Assembly (NCBI GenBank): GCA_052426225.1
Contig: JBNJNM010000011.1
Span: forward strand, 2,790,001 to 2,854,000
Direction of reading: 5' to 3'
DNA: 64,000 nt
Origin: Zancudomyces culisetae HAW-14-8
Taxonomy: Eukaryota; Fungi; Kickxellomycota
Positions 1 to 12,845 of the stretch are shown piece after piece (position 1 is the first letter of the stretch; each line of letters opens with the position of its first letter). The notes below the pieces were generated by a model that was not told the DNA's origin, made no database searches, and saw only the letters and a program-made list of their open reading frames with translations. A program made the translations under genes and the position numbers.

Positions 1-434
1 TATTACTAACTTGGTCTATGTTCGTGTGAGGTTTTAAAAAATGATAAACATATGAAAATAACACAAGGTAATAATATATACAAACAATCATATATTCAAA
101 AAAATAACAGAAAAGCTCATATTCTAAACAATGCATTTAATACTCGTACAGAATATAAGATCTATTCAAAGAAGTGTCTTATTTGGAACATTCTGTATGA
201 AGTAAATATATCTGCTGGGATGGATAGTATAGTTCGCAGTTTTAAATAGTGTCATCTCTACGCCAATAAATGGATAGTCTGACTAGATTCGCCACTAATG
301 CAAGAATCATACCTTATAATCATAGTATTCCTTTTGTTGTTTAAGGCTAGATTTCTCTTACCTAAATGACATGTGGGTCAGCAATAAAGAGAAGATAAAC
401 AGAATTCAAAAAAAAAATATTCTGGGATTTCAAG

Positions 435-673
435 AAATCAAGTTAACAATAGCAATAACAATAACAATTGTCTATTCGAGCAGATTACTTTAATATCCCT
501 TACTCATTTTTGGCCTTTTTTCTGGATTTCATTTTATCCTATAGTGTTTTTTTTCTCACGTAAGCACTTTTTGAGCATGTTTGAAATAAAATACGCTCAA
601 TACTTTTTTTTCTACATAGAAGCGGAAATCCTGATTACTAAGTTCTATAAACGCTATGGGATGAGGTTGTGAC
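435..673. repeat. Diverged inverted repeat, copy A (pairs with about 4291-4518)
   Basis: About 566-617 'cactttttgagcatgtttgaaataaaatacgctcaatacttttttttt' aligns by eye to the reverse complement of about 4347-4399 'gtgccttttgaacatgctttagataagatacgctcaatgcttttttttt'. Colinear similarity continues on both sides; ends are approximate. Confidence 0.7.
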
Positions 674-3600
674 TAATTTATTCCGTTGCTGCATTATGGA
701 TAGAGGCACCTTTATTAAAAAAAATAGTGCTCAAATATTTTGAACTGCGGCATAATGTGAGTAGACACGTTGTACAAGAGATGCGCTAAACATGAATGTG
801 TGGCTAGTTCCGATTAGCTATATTCCCTGTGTTTTAGGGTTCTAGATAACTAGGTCTAGGAGATAATTGCATTGAGTTGTATAATTACGTTGAATTTTTA
901 AGCAAAACCTATATAGATTTTTAACTAGTTTAAAATTTAAAGCTTCAAAAAAAACTTCAAACAAATGTTTACATTTTTCCTTTTCCATGAAGTATAAAAT
1001 TAAGAGGTATAAATATCTACAATCCCATAAAAATGAATTGTTCTTTTTTATTTTTTTTTACCCATAAACGCATGTATGTAGTATGAAATATCAATCGGCA
1101 CAAAAAACTATCAATTGTACCCATATAATTAGTCATTCAAGAATTATCACAATTTGTTGGGGTTCATCTATTAGTGCTTGGTTAGTATATCATTAAAAAA
1201 TACACATGCTTCATTCTTTTTTATAAAATAATAGTATTTCTGTATGTAGAGTTCGCTAAAACAACAGTAAATTTGTTTACTGAGAAAATTACCTCATCGA
1301 ATTAATCATACTTTGGTATCAGCAGGTGTTTAACACGGTGCTGTACAACAAAATCGTGTATTACATCCGAATAGCTAAATGCATTGCAGTATTTTGGGTA
1401 AATTAAATACAATTAGTACAAATTCAAATTACAAAACGTTTTAGTTTACAAAAATTCTCTATATTGGCAAGCTTGGATTGGATTATAAAGAAGATTTGCA
1501 TGTCTTCTATTTATATCACAAGGTGTTTCAAAAATTACTGAGAAAGGTTAAACTTATTTTTAATGCATAATCTGCCGATATCTTAGCATAGGTTACTTTT
1601 GCACTCGTTTGGGGTGTTGTTTTACCACGATTGTTTTTTTTAGAGGTGTTACACAAACCCCATTCAAAAACTACGCTTTCAGGTTTACATTCAGTTGATT
1701 TTTTCTGAAAACAATTTCTAATGATGTATATATATGCTATTAGCCCTGAGAAATAAATAGACACTTTTTTATGTTTATGAACACCCACTTGAAGGAGTTA
1801 TGTAAAGGCTTGTAGCAGCACCAAAAATTTTTGTATAATCTTTAAAATTATAGGTAAATTGGAAACGCCTATTTTTTGGGCTATGGTAGAGTAAATATTT
1901 ATATAAATTTTCTTCAGACACAACTAAACTTGTGGACAACAAAAGTCAATAAAAAATAGTTCCAGTAACTGCAAATCCAATGTAGTTCATAGAAGAATAA
2001 CAGCCTGTCCAGGACTATGATGGTTAGGTACACTAATTACTATACGTATAACCGATATTTTATATTACACACATAGTTTGGGTCGCTTTACAACCACAAA
2101 TTCTGGTAAGCATCAAAGGCACCACATCCAGAAATGTTGCTATTTGTGAGATGGTGTTGAAATTTTATTTAGTTACTAAAACTGTAGGCTATCTATTAGC
2201 CTATCTTTATAGAGCATTATATTAACAAAGGTAATGTAAAACACAAAATTATAGTAGCTGTTTTATATAAATGTTGACATGCCTTTTACCTGAAGAACTG
2301 ATTCAAAAGTAACAACGTAGTGATTTTGACTTATATATTTGGCACTTCATGTGTTATAACACTCACAGCCAAAAGTGAGGTGAGGTGATTTATGCGGTGG
2401 GGGAGGATTATAGTCATCGGTGTAAAACTAGAAAAAGCGTTTATGCCAACGTATTCGCACATTTACCTTAATTACACGGCTTTATGTCTACATAAAAACA
2501 TACATTAGCAACGGATAAAGCCATGCCCTACATTTTCTTCAAAACTAAGGATGTTGTCTGTACGTATAGGGAACGCGCAGGAAAAAAAAACATACAAAGG
2601 GTAGACGGCTTGGTTATCGACCTGGTTTGCACAGATTTTGCCAACAGAATTTTTTTATTTAAGCAAACTGAAGTTTTTGTTACTTTGCAAACTGGGGTAG
2701 ACACTACAAGGAGGAGACAGTAATTGCAGTTTGCATTTTAAGAGCAGTATGCTTGCTATAGGCTAAAATACACATCCATCCTCCTCCTACTCTTTCTCCC
2801 ACAGACGTGCTGCTAATCCATGTATTATGAGCTAATTCAAGATATGCTATCATTGTTTAGTTTATAGCTTCATCATATCTTTGTAGTTGCTGGTAGTACA
2901 TGTTCTCAGCTTACCTAATTTCGGCCCCCACATATCGCAATATCATCATTGAATATAATGGATTTTTGTTTTGATAGGGCACAAACTACACCAATAAAAT
3001 TATATCAGTTTGTTTTGATTATCACATGTGTATTTAAAAAAAATCAGACCATAGTAAGGATTGCAAACTTTGAAAAAAAAATTATGACCTGATTTATTTA
3101 CAAAAAAACGTGCTACACAATCTGAAAGCAGCACTAAAATATACAGCAGATCAAAAAATAAAAGAGAAATGGGAACAGGGAAAGTTGATACAGATGCAAT
3201 CATCGGATTGCAGAGCTAGATATATTAATGATAAAAAACAGACATATTTATCGTAACTGTAACGAAGGCTTAACTAAATACGAAATAGCCCAGAAGGAAT
3301 ATATTTTATCCATTTCATAGCTTGCTATATTGAGTTAATGGTAATTTGAATAAGGAACTAAAGGAAATCAATGGGCACATTTTGTATGAACAGTGTTTTT
3401 AGTAGCTTGAGCATTAACATTCGCATTAGCATAGGTTTAGTTGAGAAGGATTAGCCAGAACACAACAACCAAAGTAGCATTGAAATAGTCTAAGACTCGA
3501 GAACATTTTGTAAGATTTGTGTAATGTGGTTTATGTTGCATTTGTTGACACATAACAAATAGCCGCTAAATCATCAAAGAATTGCAGAGATTTACAAAAT

Positions 3601-4290
3601 TATTTTTGTTTCCATAAAAAATATTAGAAATTAATAATAATGAAGTTTTGATATTATTAGCAACAATGATAAATGACTAAAATGCTGAAAAATCACTGAT
3701 GAAATGTTCTACCAGTATTACAACGCGGAAGATAAAAAAAGAAATTCACCGGTTAGGTAATGATTATATTATCAATGTTAACCAAAGGCAACCCCATCTT
3801 CTGCCCCCTCCAACACTAAAAAAAATCAAGTTTGGAAAATAAGTGAAAATACATATACATAAAGCTTCACTAAACCAAAAGCCAGCCAATGCAAAGTGGG
3901 AAAAAATCTATAAAAAATTGAGATATATCACACCATTTTTTTTGAAAGAAGGGAGGGATGAATGTGGTGTGCTACCAATCACAGTGACTTCCAAAGGTTC
4001 TCACGATCGAGCATATCTGCAATTGTTAAAATATACGAACATTTAATTTACATAATTTAAATTAAACACTTACTAAACATCAATACAAGCACCATCTGGA
4101 TGTTTAACCGCGAAAATACACGTGCGAAGCTTGTGTATGAAAAGGTGCTCTAAACACCATGCTTATCTTGTAAGCAAATCCTGTAGCCACTAAATAGCAC
4201 TTGGTTGTCCCAAAGCCTTTACATAGAAATATCGTACGATCTTATAGAAAAAAATATTGAGGTCTATCTCGCTGATATGACGTATGCAAC

Positions 4291-4518
4291 ATCATAACTC
4301 TATTTCAAAGCGTGTATTGAGCCTGGTAATAAAGTTTTACGCTACGATGTAAAAAAAAAGCATTGAGCGTATCTTATCTAAAGCATGTTCAAAAGGCACT
4401 TTAATGAAAAGAAGACTATGAGATCAAAAGAAATCAAGATAAAACACCAAAAGCGAGTAGTTAATACAATTGTTCTCATTACTATTATTTTTATTGCACC
4501 CGTTTTAATTTTGATTTT
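4291..4518. repeat. Diverged inverted repeat, copy B
   Basis: Its reverse complement is colinear with about 435-673 (shared blocks atacgctcaat, aacaattgt, gatttc, acgct). Confidence 0.7.
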
Positions 4519-7500
4519 GGTAGTACAATTTACACTTCACAAACAAAACAAAAAATAAACACAACACAGGTTTGTGTCTTATAAACGGTAATTACATCTA
4601 TTTACATTCTCATAATACATGTGGTGTATGTAAACGCATATATACATTTTACACCACTCCACAGACTGAGATAAATGAAAATACAGACTATGTGCTACCA
4701 ATGCTTGTATTGTTGTTTTTTAACCATTTTTTTATACCAAAAAAACGCACGATTTTCTTGAAAACCTGCTACCCTTTCCTAGCCACAAAGACACCTAGTC
4801 TACAATAAATACACGGCGCTGCTGTGCCTCTAAAAAACATATTACCTGTGCAAAAAATTTATTTGTGTATTAGCTTGGGAAGCTAAAGTCCTTAAGCTGC
4901 ATTTTTCAAACATACGTATCAGAATTATACTCTTTTAGTGGTTGGGCTTTGGATTAAGGAAGTGCAAGTTAGTGGGTTTTGAGTTACATATAGTGTTTGG
5001 CTACCGAATAGATCGTTTTCAAGAAAAAGTTTCAGGTGCTATTTCCCGAGCAATACTGGTGTTTTTGTTTTGATGTGTGCATATTTATACACTAGATGAT
5101 TCTTCTCGATATATGCTTAAAAAAATACCCTCAGTTTAATTACTCGCAAACTACGTAAAAGTATTTCAGTTTGTATCTCGAATAAAAAGCATTTAAAAAC
5201 TCAACATTTATATCATACTACCTCAATTATTAACTGCAAGGGTGCTCAGTAAATATTAGATCGGATTCGTGGTAAAAAAAAAGCAGTTATCTTTATTTAT
5301 TTTATTTTATTGAAATAAGGAGCATTATTTGAGTCGGGAATACCCACCCCCCAAAAGAAAGTAGTAGCAACAAAAAGTGGCTTAGCTATTGGACTTAATT
5401 GTGCCTGTTTTCTAATTTTTGTCTAGTTTCCTTGTTGGTTAGCTAATAGCGTCTAAATAGGTCAGAAATATGTAATGGTAGTTCGAACATTTGGGTTGGG
5501 AATTAAAGTGAATACCAGTTTTTTGCTTTAGCAAAAAAAAAGCAACAATTATACCACAGAAAGTTGTATTCAAGATATTTGACGGGACCAGCAAACGTAT
5601 ATTGCAGGATAAAAATACGTGTCATTCACAGAGCATGTTTTCTGGTTAGTGTAAGCCTCAAAGAAAAGTAGATGTAAATATAATAAGGGGTTACAACCAA
5701 TCTATTTATCTTTTATTTATCAAAGCATTTTCTCTGCACCATAGCCATTTGAGGCTTAACGGAATGCCAAATTCACTGTTAGCATGTTAGAAACGTAATT
5801 TACCACATAAAAAGCTGTCATAATCTTAAGGGAAACCATTTTTGCACGGATAAGGAGACAGCAAAAGAGAAGGGATCGATAGAGAGGATTCAAAATAATT
5901 TTAGTTACGAAGCGGCAGTGTCAGAATGATAGCATTTATTCACGCTTAATGGAGGTTTTTAGATTTTAGATTTTAGATGCTGGATATTAGTTTCACCTTT
6001 TGAATTACCACTTTTTACTGTTCACCAAGTTTCCGATTGTATTCTTACTATTGAGGCGGTTTGCAGTTTAAAACCTATAGTTGAGCCTCTTTTTCGTTGT
6101 TACTTCTAACGATAAAAAACCAGAAAACAATGTCTTTGCTAGTTTAAAGAAATGTGTTTTATATAACTCTATAATGCGTTTTGTCTAGAATATGTACTGA
6201 TAACTTCCGCATAGGTTTTGATCTCATTTCTAATATTTAATATAGGGGGTTTCCAAAAAAAATCGAACAATAGCAAGTGCAAGTAAAGTACTAATAGACA
6301 AAATAAAAAAAACCTCCCCAATGAGTTTCCAAAAATTCAAAAACGAGGCCTTCGGTTTATAGGCAATGCACAACCCTTTCCAAGCTTTCTTGAAGAAAGA
6401 GACAAACCAAAATAGTGTATTATGGGGCAGTGGACGGTTAAGCGCTAACCAACGGATCTCAAAATAAAGGGTTTTGACTACTTGTATTGATTATGATAGG
6501 CAATCTTGTGGTTGACCTTTTTGTTGCAAAAGACATGTAATTACCTGCTCTATTATTTGTCATCTATAGCCAGATTGATGGCCCATATTTATCGCGACTT
6601 TATAGAGATTGCCTTAAAAAAGCCCAGTATAACAGCAAAAAACAGATTAAAAAAAACTGTGTACGTAATAGCGATTAGGCAGAAGACGCAAGTTTCAAAA
6701 GGTCTTATGATTTTTTCTAATGCAGATTACAAATAAAACTAAAAGTGTTACAAATATAAATGAACTTAATAGAATCTTTAATAACTCGCACATTTTAATT
6801 AGGATAAAAAAATCACGATATTTATTTTTACTGAAATGTGCTGGTAATACAAGCAAATAAAAGTTCGAGTTAATTTGCGGCTTTTAGATTTGGCAAATGG
6901 GTTTACAGTTTTATAAAGGCTGATAGTATGATGTATATATAGTACAAATAGACCAGAGAAATGTCCTAATTTATTATTCTTTTTTTTAGGGAATCGGTGG
7001 AAAATGCGTTTGCGAAAAACAGCTACAATGGTATCGGTCCTATCTTGATAAGATTGTACTGTGATTTTATTACAGCTGTAGAACTGAACTCCTTCTAATA
7101 CTAAAATAATTTTTCAGACAGATATTTTAGTGCTTATATCACACTGTTAACTGTATAGTTAACGTTGTAACAAAGCAAGTTCACTTTTTTTTATTGCAAG
7201 ATAGCGGGACGGTTTTACAAATAATTCATGTAAAATGCCAAAATACTGTTTGTGAAAAAAACTACAAAATGATGATACTAGCAAATCTGCAATATGAAGT
7301 AAAATCCCAGTATTTTAAGAAGTGAAAAATAAAGCGCAACCGGCATATGAAAAAAAACACTGGAGAAGAGACACGAAGCCTAAACCCTTCTTTATCATAA
7401 TTTTCCTCCGGTTGAACATACACGCAACGTCTTGCTTGAGTTTATTTCGGGAATTTTTCCTACCTTTCAACCAGCAAAAGAAAAAAACTTTTTTTTTGCT

Positions 7501-8156
7501 GGTTAATATTGGGGGATATGAAAATTTTTTTGATAGCTTAAATAAATATCCCATTACAAAAAATTAGATAATAGCGAATCAAATAATTCATCTCGAACCA
7601 AATATTTCACTTGGTTTATTTTTTTTTGTGTTTCGCACTTATTGTTCTTTAGGCTTTCACGCTCTTCATTTTTTTCCAGGGTTTTCTAGTAGCTGGGAGG
7701 TCCACAGGCTGAATTATTTCAGGAAACATGCTTAGAGAAAAAATTCCAAATCCTATAAAACATAGATATTCCCTGTACTATATCAAATCAATCGACCTGT
7801 TTAATAAGCCTATATTCCAAAAATATATAGTGAATACAATACATCAGTTTTATGTAGCAGTTATAATAGACGGTATATTACACTACGAATAGTTCTGGGG
7901 AGCGTAAATAAAATAATACTTGAACACATAAATCGAACTAAAATTTAAGCGAAGGTACTTGAGCTAACGAATACGCTAATTTCTTTTGCGCTGTAATGCA
8001 TGAAGCTGTATCATAACTCCAAAACAATCGCAATACCTTATAAAAATTAGAGGCGTGCCTCAGTCAAGCAAGTGGATAAATAGCTAGAGGAAAAACGAGT
8101 GGTGAAAAAAACACAACCAAAGGCTAAATATAAGTTACATACACAAAGGGAAAAAA

Positions 8157-10400
8157 ATGAAAAGGGGAGCCACGGACAGTTACTACGAGACACTAAGAAC
8201 ATATTTATCTGGGACTGAAAGTAGGAGTTCCGAGGCACAACAAGGAGGGTTAGTCACAGAAATGAATCAAAAGTATGCCGCACAAAACATGAGAGATAAA
8301 ATGGGCAGAGTAGGCCGGTGGGAGCCCACTGAGGGGGTAAACGGAGATCTGAAGGGGGGGATGGTAGGTATGGGTAGTGGCGGTATAGAGTTGCTTCCAA
8401 AGGGTACAGATATGCAGTGGGATAGATTTAGTAAGGGCAGGGAGATAGACAGACAGGTACAAGGTGAACGAAGCCTAGGAGGATATGACGAGATTTTTTC
8501 AGACTTAAAGATGAACATGGGGAATGTGTATGACGGGGCTTCGGCGCAATTCGGAAAGGATAATGGTAGTAGAAGTCGGTTCAGCGAAGTGAACAATCCA
8601 GGTGGAATTGCATTCAGTGGAAGTTTTGGATATGGTGATGACGTGCTGAGTAAAATGAACGTAGAGAACGCAGAATCGAGCGGCAAGGATGAGGAGACAT
8701 TCCTAAAACATCTTGAAAGTAAAGTAATTCGACATTTGGACCGAAAACTCGCATTTGGTAGCGGTGGAGAAAGCAGTAAAGCATTAGATACTGGTCTCGA
8801 AGCCAACAACCTCAAGCAAGACAATGGTAGTGGCGATGGAAGCAATTTAGTATCAAAGTTTAATGGCTTTGGAACTGCTTTGCATGGGGGTCAATTTGAT
8901 GTGCTAAATAGCGGTATTCAGCAGACTAATCACAATATCAATTCAAATATCAATTCAAATATCAATCCCAATCTAAACACCAGTCTCAATTCCAATTTAA
9001 ATCCCAGTCTCAATTCCAATTTAAATCCCAGCCTCAACCCCAGTCTGAATCCCAGTCTTGATCCCAGTCTGAATCCTACCCCAAACCCCAATATAAACGG
9101 ATCGCAGTATTTATATTATGGGAGATATAAAATGGATGAGATGTATGAAGATAGCAGTAAAAGTGTTAATAATAATCCCAACAACATAAAAAATGGTACC
9201 AGTGTAAATTACAATAGTAACTTGGAGACAAACTTTGGAAACACGCAAACCGATCATGCGTCGCAATTCTTCAAATACAATTTTGGTTCTAATAATAACA
9301 GCCTTGGATTTGGTATCTCTAATATTGATAACAGTGGCTTGAATGCACTCGGTACTGAATTAAAGGATGCTAATATCAATAATAGCATCGACCCCGGAAA
9401 CAACACTAATACAGGTTTTCAAGACTCCAACCTGGTTTCCAGCGTATACATGAACTACGATTTTGGAAATGGCATAAACTTGCAGAATCTATTTGAACAT
9501 CTTTATTCTCCTGACTTGTCACCACCAAATATGACGGAAATGCCTGTTTTAAACAGTAGTGAAAATAGCAGTGCCAAGAACGAACCTATCGGTGGGAGTA
9601 GCCTAGTAAACGCGTTTTTTGGAGAAAATCCAGATTCTGCGCTTCCTGAAGAAGCACCTGCTACCCAGGCGAAACAAAAGCGAAACAAAACCACCTCAAC
9701 AAGAAAGGGAAAAACCAACGTTGGACTTGGGAGTGATGTAAATGGTCGGGAGATAAGAAAAGCTGCAAAGACAGAGTCTGCAAAAATTCCATTGCAAATG
9801 CAGATTCCAATATCGGCATCAACATCATCTTCACTGTCACTAGCAGATTCTGCGGTGGGCTTGAAAACACAAGCGTCTTCGGGTGGCCAGGTGATAATTC
9901 AAAAGAAGAGAAAGATCTCCCATAATGAGATTGAGCGAAGGTATAGAAATAATATTAACAATAGAATTAAAGATCTTAAGGAAGCAGTTCCAGATTTAAA
10001 CACATCCAAGAAAACCACCTCTGGGCTCGGGGGAAGAGGTCCAAATAGAGTGGATCGCGATGATGGTGATAAAAGCACAGGTGGTAGTGATTTTGAAGGC
10101 GAAGGGGATCTGGGGGAGGAGGGTACCGCAGATGGTGCCAAAAAGTTGAACAAAGCAACTATTTTAACTATGGCTACAAAATATATTTACGAGCTAAGGC
10201 ACAAGCATAACCTACTATCAAAGCAGATTAGTCTATTGGAAGATGAGATGTTGAAATACGGAAATATTGGAGAAAGTCGTGTTCATGCCATTCAGAGCTT
10301 TATTAAATCTATTGAAGATAAGGATCTTCCCGAATACCTGACGCGTCCTGACACTAAGAAAAAAAAGAAGTCTACAGGTTCATACCAAAAGAAGAGGTAA
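8157..10400 (+). CDS. SREBP-type bHLH(-ZIP) transcription factor with no transmembrane or regulatory C-terminus (Tye7/Hms1/Cph2-like), 747 aa
   Basis: Basic region KKRKISHNEIERRYRNNINNRIKDLKEAVP has the SREBP-diagnostic Tyr. Helix 2 is KLNKATILTMATKYIYEL, followed by a short zipper. Single exon. Confidence 0.9.
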   Translation: MKRGATDSYYETLRTYLSGTESRSSEAQQGGLVTEMNQKYAAQNMRDKMGRVGRWEPTEGVNGDLKGGMVGMGSGGIELLPKGTDMQWDRFSKGREIDRQVQGERSLGGYDEIFSDLKMNMGNVYDGASAQFGKDNGSRSRFSEVNNPGGIAFSGSFGYGDDVLSKMNVENAESSGKDEETFLKHLESKVIRHLDRKLAFGSGGESSKALDTGLEANNLKQDNGSGDGSNLVSKFNGFGTALHGGQFDVLNSGIQQTNHNINSNINSNINPNLNTSLNSNLNPSLNSNLNPSLNPSLNPSLDPSLNPTPNPNINGSQYLYYGRYKMDEMYEDSSKSVNNNPNNIKNGTSVNYNSNLETNFGNTQTDHASQFFKYNFGSNNNSLGFGISNIDNSGLNALGTELKDANINNSIDPGNNTNTGFQDSNLVSSVYMNYDFGNGINLQNLFEHLYSPDLSPPNMTEMPVLNSSENSSAKNEPIGGSSLVNAFFGENPDSALPEEAPATQAKQKRNKTTSTRKGKTNVGLGSDVNGREIRKAAKTESAKIPLQMQIPISASTSSSLSLADSAVGLKTQASSGGQVIIQKKRKISHNEIERRYRNNINNRIKDLKEAVPDLNTSKKTTSGLGGRGPNRVDRDDGDKSTGGSDFEGEGDLGEEGTADGAKKLNKATILTMATKYIYELRHKHNLLSKQISLLEDEMLKYGNIGESRVHAIQSFIKSIEDKDLPEYLTRPDTKKKKKSTGSYQKKR
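8928..9095 (+). repeat. In-frame 12-nt tandem repeat (about 14 units; N-x-[N/S]-[I/L] tetrapeptide)
   Basis: aattcaaatatc/aatcccagtctc/aattccaattta units encode NSNI, NPNL, NSNL and NPSL. Confidence 0.9.
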
Positions 10401-10568
10401 CAGGAACGAAATGATTTCCAAACTGTTTAACGACGTGATTCTAACTCTTGGATTTTATAACACTGCCTCGATCTATAATATATATTAAAAATACAAAACA
10501 GAAAACGAAGAGCAAAGAATTATAATCCAGAAAAATCTCTTCTACTTCCAAAAAAAAAGGAAAAGAAT

Positions 10569-12545
10569 TTATTTACGGTAAAAGTATCTTTTAAACTTAA
10601 AGTATAGCTGTAAAACATTTTTATCAAAAGAATTCCGAAATCCCCTTTTTCTTGACATCTCCCACTCCTTATTGACAATTCTGAACGCAACATCTGAATA
10701 AGGAGCTCCAGCGATAAAACGAATTATTACTGTATTTCCCGAATCATCCAGTGGGTCCGGCTCAATCTTGTATGTAGGGGCTTTGGATTTGTCATTTAGT
10801 TCTGGGTAGAATATGTTAAACTTGTATCCTTGTATAACCTTTGGCGGTGGATTGTCAAAGTCATAGTGAGTTTGGTTGTATTTATTCCATTCATATCCTG
10901 TATGGACCTTGTTGAAGTATCTGGGCTTTTTCTTTAACGGATCCTCCTCTCTTCTCTGTTCTCGGTTGGTTATGCTACCACCATTCGCTTCTGTTAATGT
11001 GCCCGCTGCGCTGATGACCTCCGCTGACCTGTCCATATTTACCAGCTCATCACCTTCTTCAGCTTCCTCATCTTCACTTTCTCCATGACCCCTCTTTTGT
11101 CTCTTGTAGTTTTGCTCATTAATCTGCCTTAGGAACTCCTCCTCATATACCGAGTCCTCATTTGGCTACATCAGTTTTTGCATAATTATGTTAAATTAAC
11201 CACATGTGCTTATCTTATATAATCGTGTTATTTTTTTTTCCATCCACTTAATCTTACGCAATTCTGCCAAACAGATATTAACACAATAATCTCGCATCTT
11301 ATCCTGATGGCAACTGCAAATAATCATAAAAAATAAAACGGCTTTTATATCACTACTTACCTTTGAATTGCTTAGAACTTGGTGCTCATCCAAATAACTT
11401 TGTGGAATATTATTTTTACTCAAAATATAGTCTTTACAAAAACACTCATACACATGACTCACGCTTAATGCAGCCTTAAATACTTTTATCTGTTCTAGAA
11501 CTTGCTCCCAGTAATCACGATCGATAACCACAGATTTTTCGCCAATCTTCCGCAATACCATTTCTTGTAGCTCGTCTAGTTTTTCCGCGCTCTTCCCTTG
11601 CATCATATCTTTAATTTCGTTGTTTACCTTTATCCCACTTCTATTGTGCTTTTTGACACTATCAATGCGGTCTTGGCAGAGAATCCCTACCCCCTTCCAG
11701 TATTCCTTGTTACTTTGTGTTATCTCGGCTTTTCTATATTCTTTGATTTTCATTTTGATGCGTTCTAATTGTTCTACATCTGCAATTCCTGAAAAGGCCT
11801 TCCAGGGATCCAAATATATCGAAAGTTCGTCGGTTACATCCGCATTGCTATATCGACTCCTCTTTTCTCTTAGAATCCCCATCAACTCCAGCTCTAGCCC
11901 AAACCTACCCCCTTGTCCCAACTCAATCCTCTTTCTCCTCTCTGCTTCCGTCTCCTGGTAATAATGTAGATATACTATAAATAGATCTACAGGTCCATGT
12001 TCATCCCTACCAATTTTTTTGATGGCCTTAAGAACCAAATTGGTTAGATGCAGCTGTTGCTCCTTTTGCTCCCAATTCTGGCCCATCATGGCCTCCTCGT
12101 TTTCTCTTATCATGAGTATTTTCTGACGCTCCATATACTCTTGTTCTTTAAGCTTGGCTTCTTTAAGTTTTTGAAGTTTTTCTAATTCGTACTCCTGCTC
12201 TTCTCGTATTCTTTCATTCTCCTCCTCCGTATCTACTTCGTCCTCTCTACCCCTTTTACCCCTTTTCCTACCCTCTTTCCTATTCTTCTCAACTTTCTTT
12301 TTCCAAACAAATTTGTCAGAGACCTTTGAATTTGTCAATTGAAGAGCCGCATTGTCAATTGTTTTATACATCTGTGAAGAATTCCCCTTTTTATGTGTAA
12401 TTTGGTCACCTGAGCGTGATTTGTGGTGCTTTTTCGAAGATTCTCTACGGTTACGGCTATACCCCTCACTACCAGAGTCACTGGAATAGCTTCTATCGTA
12501 TTTCTCCCTCTTATTTCTTTCATTATGATTCTTTTCCTTTCCCAT
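10569..12545 (-). CDS. CACTIN: Cactin (spliceosome C*/P complex factor), about 593 aa
   Basis: Exons 12545-11361 and 11165-10569 (GTAAGT donor, TGTAG acceptor, phase 0); possible 6-nt microexon at 11263-11258. Motifs: FVWKKK, mid-domain DYWEQVL, CactinC domain KKPRYFNKVHTGYEWNKYNQTHYDFDNPPPKVIQGYKFNIFYP. Confidence 0.95.
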
Positions 12546-12845
12546 GATTAGTACAATTCACCTCAATTGGTACATTGTTACTACTATGTTTTGTTAATAA
12601 TTAACAAATAATTACTGTAAAAAAATGAATATTGGGAATCACGTACCATCTTAAAAAAAATTTTCTAGCCACACATCAGCAAAGAAAAAGTTAACATTTT
12701 CGCGATAATTCTGTTGATTAAATACAAAACGGCCACCATCGCAGCTAATTGAATTGCAATTATTTTACGCTGTTTAAATCTAGGACTGGGCGTTTCAATA
12801 CTGATATGTTATTCTTGTTGAGTTAAAGCAGAGAAACACTCAGAA
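12546..12845. promoter_or_regulatory. 300-bp bidirectional promoter between cactin and FAM50
   Basis: Divergent ATGs at 12545 (-) and 12846 (+); contains an A8T4 tract at 12653-12664. Confidence 0.65.

Noticed and set aside
2281-2290. GCCTTTTAC, the U5 snRNA loop-1 sequence (also at about 35645)
   Set aside because: Flanks do not form the closing stem and no U5 architecture or Sm site follows.
2376-2389. SRE-like ATCACCTCAC tandem (minus strand) as an autoregulatory site for the bHLH gene
   Set aside because: Short, mismatched and about 5.8 kb from the gene; expected by chance.
52-7567. Short ORFs (60-86 aa) in the first 8 kb
   Set aside because: No recognisable motifs and AT-rich non-coding composition; consistent with random ORFs.
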